Shown here piece by piece: positions 60,001 to 64,000 of a stretch of DNA of 64,000 nt (position 1 is its first letter; every line of letters begins with the position of its first letter). The position numbers were made by a program, and so were the translations under genes. The DNA lies in assembly GCA_963664705.1 (NCBI GenBank), contig OY761556.1:1536001-1600000 (forward strand), in the 5' to 3' direction. Under the pieces are notes generated by a model that searched no databases, was not told where the DNA came from, and was given only the letters and a program-made list of their open reading frames with translations. Origin of the DNA: Acidobacteriota bacterium. Lineage in GTDB: Bacteria; Acidobacteriota; UBA6911.

Positions 60001-60475
60001 TGGTGCCACGGAAGGCGAGCGCCCGAATATCGTTCCCGGCTGCAATCCCATGACGAGGAAAAGGGATCAGTGGTATAACCCGGAGTGTTTCGTGTACGCG
60101 CCTTATGGCACTCTCGGAAATTCCGGACGCAATTCGCTCAACAATCCCGATTTCTTCAACATGGACTTCTCGATCGTAAAAGACACCAAGCTGAGCGAGA
60201 ATGTCAACATGCAGTTCAGGGCGGAGTTCTTCGACATCCTGAACCACCCCAACTTCTTTTTCGGCGCACAGACCTATTTGATGGGTACGGCAGGCACTGT
60301 CGCTCCGACGGATCCCCGCTACCAGTATCTCTCCAATCCGGCTGCCTATCGGAACCCCGGTGGAGCGATCTGCAATGGCGGTCAAGGCCCTTGCTATACC
60401 ACCTCAACCGGCTTGGCTTCGACCATGCCGGGGAGCCAACGTCAGATTCAGTTTGCTCTGAAACTGTTGTTCTAG
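57014..60475 (+). CDS. TonB-dependent receptor (Oar-like, N-terminal carboxypeptidase regulatory-like domain)
   Basis: LPLNGRNF, TKSGTN..HG..YEY.RNSALDA, LTLNLGVRYE, FRAEFF..LNHPNF and terminal RQIQFALKLLF. Confidence 0.93.
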   Translation: MHKCLVVRGSIVFWALLVFLLGVHSVDLKAQAEKATLSGTVLDVSGAVVVGAAVQAKNVKTGIGYSAVTDGQGRYILPEMAVGSYDVSALKDGFQKMVQTGIVLTIGSRPVLDFKLAVGQPSDTVEVQGQTSSVNTESASVGALIAPTQMEFLPLNGRNFTDLLSLAAGVATVPATGGGGGQSATAYGQSTNYSVSGSRPVGMAYMLDNTDIRNAMDHGAGVSVMGTSLGMEAIQEFTILTNTYSAEFGGSGAAVNAVTKSGTNDIHGTAYEYMRNSALDAKNYFDVPGQKKPSFKRNNFGASIGGPIKKEKAFFFFNYEGLRASTGLTSRAVVPTSLPDLYKAGGMTQNSSGQWAGAFGPIDPIVHRIFQMYPLAQSASQCPNVAGINFLPGTGLYCSQEKQMGNEDYVLGRVDFKLGTKDSLFARFARESAYQVLPYVYTQVPGWPEVDHERNQYLTVDEQHMFTPKIINDIRLGYVRLYTQTANGGINGTGTALQQVPGRQDMDFSPGWGLASLGPSPSSPSRPVTNRFSLGDNVFMSLGAHSLRFGVTVTRTQLNMVWNQYSGGAWIFANLGGAIGPLGGSLYGMPLLGLTAAGDSYTYKTPDGKSYPFNPSRYWRQTYMSPFAQYDWKITKRLTLNLGVRYEWASNPTTVGEPVFTINNLDKPTTTEDSFVAVEHPFNSNPNVKNFDPRIGIAWDVFGNHKTSIRAGFGTFHEPVTARTYANNNTSFRPNQPLFFLFWTSGLFPNLPSDPHQVINSPLTGPSLANQQIAWYYALPNTVDTAPYMMQYNVTVQHELGAGTVLTIGYNGSKGKNLFLWSNANPPLAFSDQSADWQKANAASWPGANGSGPRGTVANPFVGIYRNPNFKAVEAVTPTAHSTYNGLQITLSRQFAKSLVGTVAYTHSKCRDNASGTNSSEQGQWAVYNAYDPDYDNGPCSYSSDNVFTANALYRFPFKGNRAVDGWQIGTIITRYTGLPFNVQNQFGGQYQSATGGATEGERPNIVPGCNPMTRKRDQWYNPECFVYAPYGTLGNSGRNSLNNPDFFNMDFSIVKDTKLSENVNMQFRAEFFDILNHPNFFFGAQTYLMGTAGTVAPTDPRYQYLSNPAAYRNPGGAICNGGQGPCYTTSTGLASTMPGSQRQIQFALKLLF

Positions 60476-60506
60476 GTTTCAGCGTAACATCTTTAGGCCA
60501 ATTTTC

Positions 60507-60541
60507 CGGCGGCAACCTCCAAAGTTGCCGCCGTTTTTTTT
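60507..60541 (+). terminator. Rho-independent terminator
   Basis: CGGCGGCAAC-CTCCAAA-GTTGCCGCCG followed by a T run. Confidence 0.85.
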
Positions 60542-60614
60542 CAGACGGAGAGGATTCCAGATTATAATGCTTCCGCATTTCCAATAGTTCTGTGTGCTAA
60601 TCCAAGGAGAATCC

Positions 60615-61199
60615 ATGAAAAGACTTATCATTGCTACTTTTCTGCTTGCAGCTCTCGTTCTGGTAAATATTTCCTGTGGCCGCAGCTCTGCGCCATCCAG
60701 CGGCGCAAATCCTGCCGCCGGCGCAAGCCAGCAGACGGCGCAGAGTGCGCCCGCCGCCTCCGCCAATCCTCTTGATCCTAAAAGTCTCATTACCGATGAC
60801 AAAGTCAACCGCTATGTCATCTATCAGAAGGAAGTCAACACAGTGGCGGACCTGGTCATGGGCCTGGCCGGCCAGGCTTACAAAAATTCCGGGGGCAGCC
60901 AAAAGGAATTTGAGCAGGGGCTGGCAAAAGATGAGCGGACCAAAAAGGTTGCGGAGGTAGAGGCGTCAGCGCTATCCAAATCCGGACTCAATCGAACGGA
61001 AGCAATGGAAATATCCAAGATTGTTTCTTCATTTACAGCGGGTGCAACAATTGGTGACGACGAAATGAAGAAGACTGCCCGCAATGAGTTCTCGACCAAA
61101 TATGGCGCGGATGCCCTGGCCATTATGGAAAAGCATCTGCCGGAGCTGTCGAAGCTGCAGGATGAAATGATGCAGGCTGCATTCGGAAAAAAGAAATAA
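60615..61199 (+). CDS. Putative lipoprotein
   Basis: AAGGAG RBS; signal peptide ending NISC; Ala/Ser/Pro linker. Confidence 0.75.
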   Translation: MKRLIIATFLLAALVLVNISCGRSSAPSSGANPAAGASQQTAQSAPAASANPLDPKSLITDDKVNRYVIYQKEVNTVADLVMGLAGQAYKNSGGSQKEFEQGLAKDERTKKVAEVEASALSKSGLNRTEAMEISKIVSSFTAGATIGDDEMKKTARNEFSTKYGADALAIMEKHLPELSKLQDEMMQAAFGKKK

Positions 61200-61265
61200 G
61201 CGTGCACCGAAAGTAAACTGGGAACGCCGCAGTTCCGGCGGCATCAGCGCTATGGAAGTAGCCGC

Positions 61266-61620
61266 GCTCCTGCCGGCGAGATGCGTAATGCTGCCTATTA
61301 TTTGCTCTAAGCCCTGCGACGCGAGTGAAGCAAAAGGCCCGGAGGGCCGGCCAGAAAGTAGCCGGGGGTGAAGCGCAGCGAACCCCCGGTAGAGATAAGT
61401 GCGGGAAAGAGCCCTGGCAGGGCGGCAGAAACGGTGAGCCCCGATCCAATGTTCAGCTTTAGGTTATGTAGAGGAACGAAAATATCTTTCGCCGCCTCCG
61501 CGGCTCCTTTAAATTTCATGCTAGCCGGGGGTGAAGCGCAGCGAACCCCCGGCTACGTTCTGACCGCCCCGCTGGGGCGGATGCAGCTTTGCTCCTGCCG
61601 GCGAGACGCGGGCGCTCCCA
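61266..61620. repeat. REP-like repeat cluster
   Basis: Palindromic 31-mer TAGCCGGGGGTGAAGCGCAGCGAACCCCCGG at 61359 and 61522, flanked by GCTCCTGCCGGCGAGA at 61266 and 61591. Confidence 0.8.
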
Positions 61621-61631
61621 GTGAACCTTGA

Positions 61632-63767
61632 CTACTTATTCGGCTGGCTATTTTTGTCGATACGCTTCCCGGTACTCTTGTCAAAGACCGCATTCCGAAG
61701 AAAATCCTCCGCATTCCATGGAGCCGGACCCCCTCCCAGGTACTTTTGAAACCAATCCAGATGAGCGGTGTAATAGAAGGCCATCTCGTACCAGCTCGGC
61801 CAATGTCCTGCATTGCTGTAAATGATCAGTCTGGATGGGACCTGCATTTTCTGCAGTGCGGTAAAAAACTCGAGTGATTGTGTATAGGGTACGCGGTAAT
61901 CCCTTTCTCCCGAAATGACCAGGCAGGGAGTTTTGAAATTCTTGACATAGCGATCTGGCGACCACTTGTCATAAAGGCTCGAGTTCCAGGGTTGTCCTTT
62001 AAGATCCCATTCGGGAAACCAGAGTTCTTCGGTGGCGCCAAACATGGACTTCAGGTTAAAGAGGCCCATCATGGATGCAATGGCTTTGAATCGATTCGTG
62101 TGTCCCTCGAACCAGTTCATCATATATCCGCCATAGGACCATCCCATGGCTCCCATGCGGCTGGAGTCGACATAAGGCAGCTTCTCGAGGGCATCTGTGA
62201 CCTTCATCAAGTCGTCAAATACCATGCCGCCCCAATCACCGGAAATCTCGGCGGTATAATCTTGTCCATATCCTGTGGACCCATGGGGATTGGCAAAGGC
62301 AACCACATAGCCTGCGCCCGGGTAAACCTGCCAGTCTCCTCGGAAACTGTCGGCCCACTGCGATTGCGGACCACCGTGGACATTGAGAATCAAAGGATAC
62401 TTTTTCCCCGGATCAAACCCGTGCGGCTTTGCAATGAAGACTTGGACTTTTGTTGCCCCTGCGCCTTCAACCCACATCGATTCGGCCGGACGTATATCCA
62501 CTTCTTTCTCAAGCGCCTGGTTGAAATAAGTCAAACGGGTCGGGGTTGCGGCCTTTCCGCCCGAAAGCGCCGCGCGAAAAACCTCGATCGGATCTCCTAC
62601 CGATCGGCGTGTGTAATAGATCTGATCGGCACCGGCAGTAAGTTGAAAATCGTCAATCATCCGGTCGGCCAGCACCGGGGAAACGGATCCTGAAGCGAGA
62701 TCAAGACGGTAAATTGGCGTCTGACCTTCGACTTCAGCCTGAAAGAACAAGGTTTTTGAATCCCCGGACCAGGCCAAAGCGTCGATCCAGTTCTGAAACG
62801 ACTCGGTCAGCACTTTCGAAGTTCCGTGTGCGACGTCGTAGAGTGCGAGGCGAAAGAGATCCGATTCATAGCCCGGTTGCTTCTGCAAACGGTATGCAAT
62901 GTATTTGCCGTCCGGGGAGAAAAGAGGGCTGCCGTCATAGGCCGGGTTGGCAGCCGTAAGGTTTTGAGCCGGCGCTTTGGGATCTTCGAATCGGATAAGC
63001 CAGAGATCGTTGTTCGTAGAACTTTCCGGGTTTTTATCGTGATTGGATACGTAGACGAAGGCCTTCCCATCAGGCGAGAACCCATATTGTACCGGCCCTC
63101 CAAGCTGGAACGAAGGCGAGTCGAAATCGCCGGGAGTAAGATCCTTTACTTCGCCGCCGGGGATTGTTGCCAGAAAGATGTGGCGACGTTTTCCGTCTTT
63201 CCACTCCGTCCAGTGGCGATAGAGCAGATGGTCTGCCATATGTGCATGGAGGGCTCCATCCTTCCAGCGGGTCGAGACCTTTTTGTTGCAGGCATCATCC
63301 GCACTGCACTCCGGGTAGACGTCGGTTGAAAATGCGATCGATCGGCTGTCCGGTGACCAGACGGGGTCGGAAATTCCAGTGGAAAGATGGGTTAATTGTG
63401 TGGCTTCGCCGCCGGCAAGCGGGAGCAGGTACAGATTTTCAGAGCCATCGCGCTCACTGACGAATGCGATCCACTTTCCATCAGGAGAAAACCGCGGCGC
63501 GCTTCCTCCTTTCTCTCCGGCAGTCAGGAGTTGTTGGGCGCTGCCATCCGTATTCATGCGCCAGATATGGGTAGTGCGGCGGGCGCGTGCAAGATCGGTT
63601 GTGGCAACGGCAAAAGCCAACGATTTGCTATCCGGCGCCAATTGAAGATCCGAGACTGACTGGACCCGGTAAAGGTCTTCGATGGTAAACGCCCGCTTCT
63701 GGGCATGCGCCTGTCCAGACATCAACAATAAAAGCATGGCAAGGGACAGTACTTTTTCGATTCGCAT
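61632..63767 (-). CDS. S9 family (prolyl oligopeptidase/dipeptidyl peptidase-like) serine peptidase
   Basis: Signal peptide, WSPD/FSPDG propeller repeats, HGGP, GWSYGG nucleophile, D (DYRV) and H (AGHW). Confidence 0.95.
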   Translation of the reverse strand: MRIEKVLSLAMLLLLMSGQAHAQKRAFTIEDLYRVQSVSDLQLAPDSKSLAFAVATTDLARARRTTHIWRMNTDGSAQQLLTAGEKGGSAPRFSPDGKWIAFVSERDGSENLYLLPLAGGEATQLTHLSTGISDPVWSPDSRSIAFSTDVYPECSADDACNKKVSTRWKDGALHAHMADHLLYRHWTEWKDGKRRHIFLATIPGGEVKDLTPGDFDSPSFQLGGPVQYGFSPDGKAFVYVSNHDKNPESSTNNDLWLIRFEDPKAPAQNLTAANPAYDGSPLFSPDGKYIAYRLQKQPGYESDLFRLALYDVAHGTSKVLTESFQNWIDALAWSGDSKTLFFQAEVEGQTPIYRLDLASGSVSPVLADRMIDDFQLTAGADQIYYTRRSVGDPIEVFRAALSGGKAATPTRLTYFNQALEKEVDIRPAESMWVEGAGATKVQVFIAKPHGFDPGKKYPLILNVHGGPQSQWADSFRGDWQVYPGAGYVVAFANPHGSTGYGQDYTAEISGDWGGMVFDDLMKVTDALEKLPYVDSSRMGAMGWSYGGYMMNWFEGHTNRFKAIASMMGLFNLKSMFGATEELWFPEWDLKGQPWNSSLYDKWSPDRYVKNFKTPCLVISGERDYRVPYTQSLEFFTALQKMQVPSRLIIYSNAGHWPSWYEMAFYYTAHLDWFQKYLGGGPAPWNAEDFLRNAVFDKSTGKRIDKNSQPNK

Positions 63768-64000
63768 TTTCGCTCCTTCGTTTTCTTACACAATAACTAA
63801 TAACACAAAGCGAACGGAAAACATGGCCCGAACATCGGCCGGAAAGCCTTCGGTTGCTATCGTTAGGAATATTTTGTGGAATCGGCGGCGGATTTGCAGC
63901 TGTATGCCCGCAAAAAATTCCACCAATGGCAGGATGTCTGATAAAGCGAAGTTGTTACGAAATAGGATAATCAGCGCTCCAGGCGAGCAGGCGTCTTCGA

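Overview
Bacterial chromosomal window, probably from an anaerobic Acidobacteria-like organism (inferred from the Oar-type TonB receptor, secreted repeat proteins and glycyl radical enzymes). The standout is a compact ~10.4 kb integrative element (2337-12772) bounded by a 23-bp direct repeat matching the 5' end of a tRNA-Gly(CCC) gene. It carries a tyrosine integrase, an excisionase/AlpA-like HTH, a DUF1376-type replication protein, a protein with three copies of a scaffold-like helix motif, a Nu1-like small terminase next to a cos-like sequence, and an intact 953-aa tail tape measure protein. It has no recognisable capsid, portal, large terminase, tail tube or lysis genes, so it looks like a phage satellite that brings its own tape measure protein; a deleted prophage is the alternative. 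Downstream, two 3'-end tRNA-Gly remnants mark tandem island relics holding a frameshifted RelE/HigB-type toxin with an HTH antitoxin, a pRiA4b ORF3 protein and an RCC1 protein. The rest of the window contains a PAS histidine kinase and response regulators, two divergent glycyl radical enzymes with one activase and a Tat-exported Fe-S aldo/keto reductase, a ~3,830-aa DUF11/SdrD-B surface protein with a translationally coupled putative outer-membrane partner, and assorted secreted and housekeeping genes. All calls come from reading the sequence; no searches were run.
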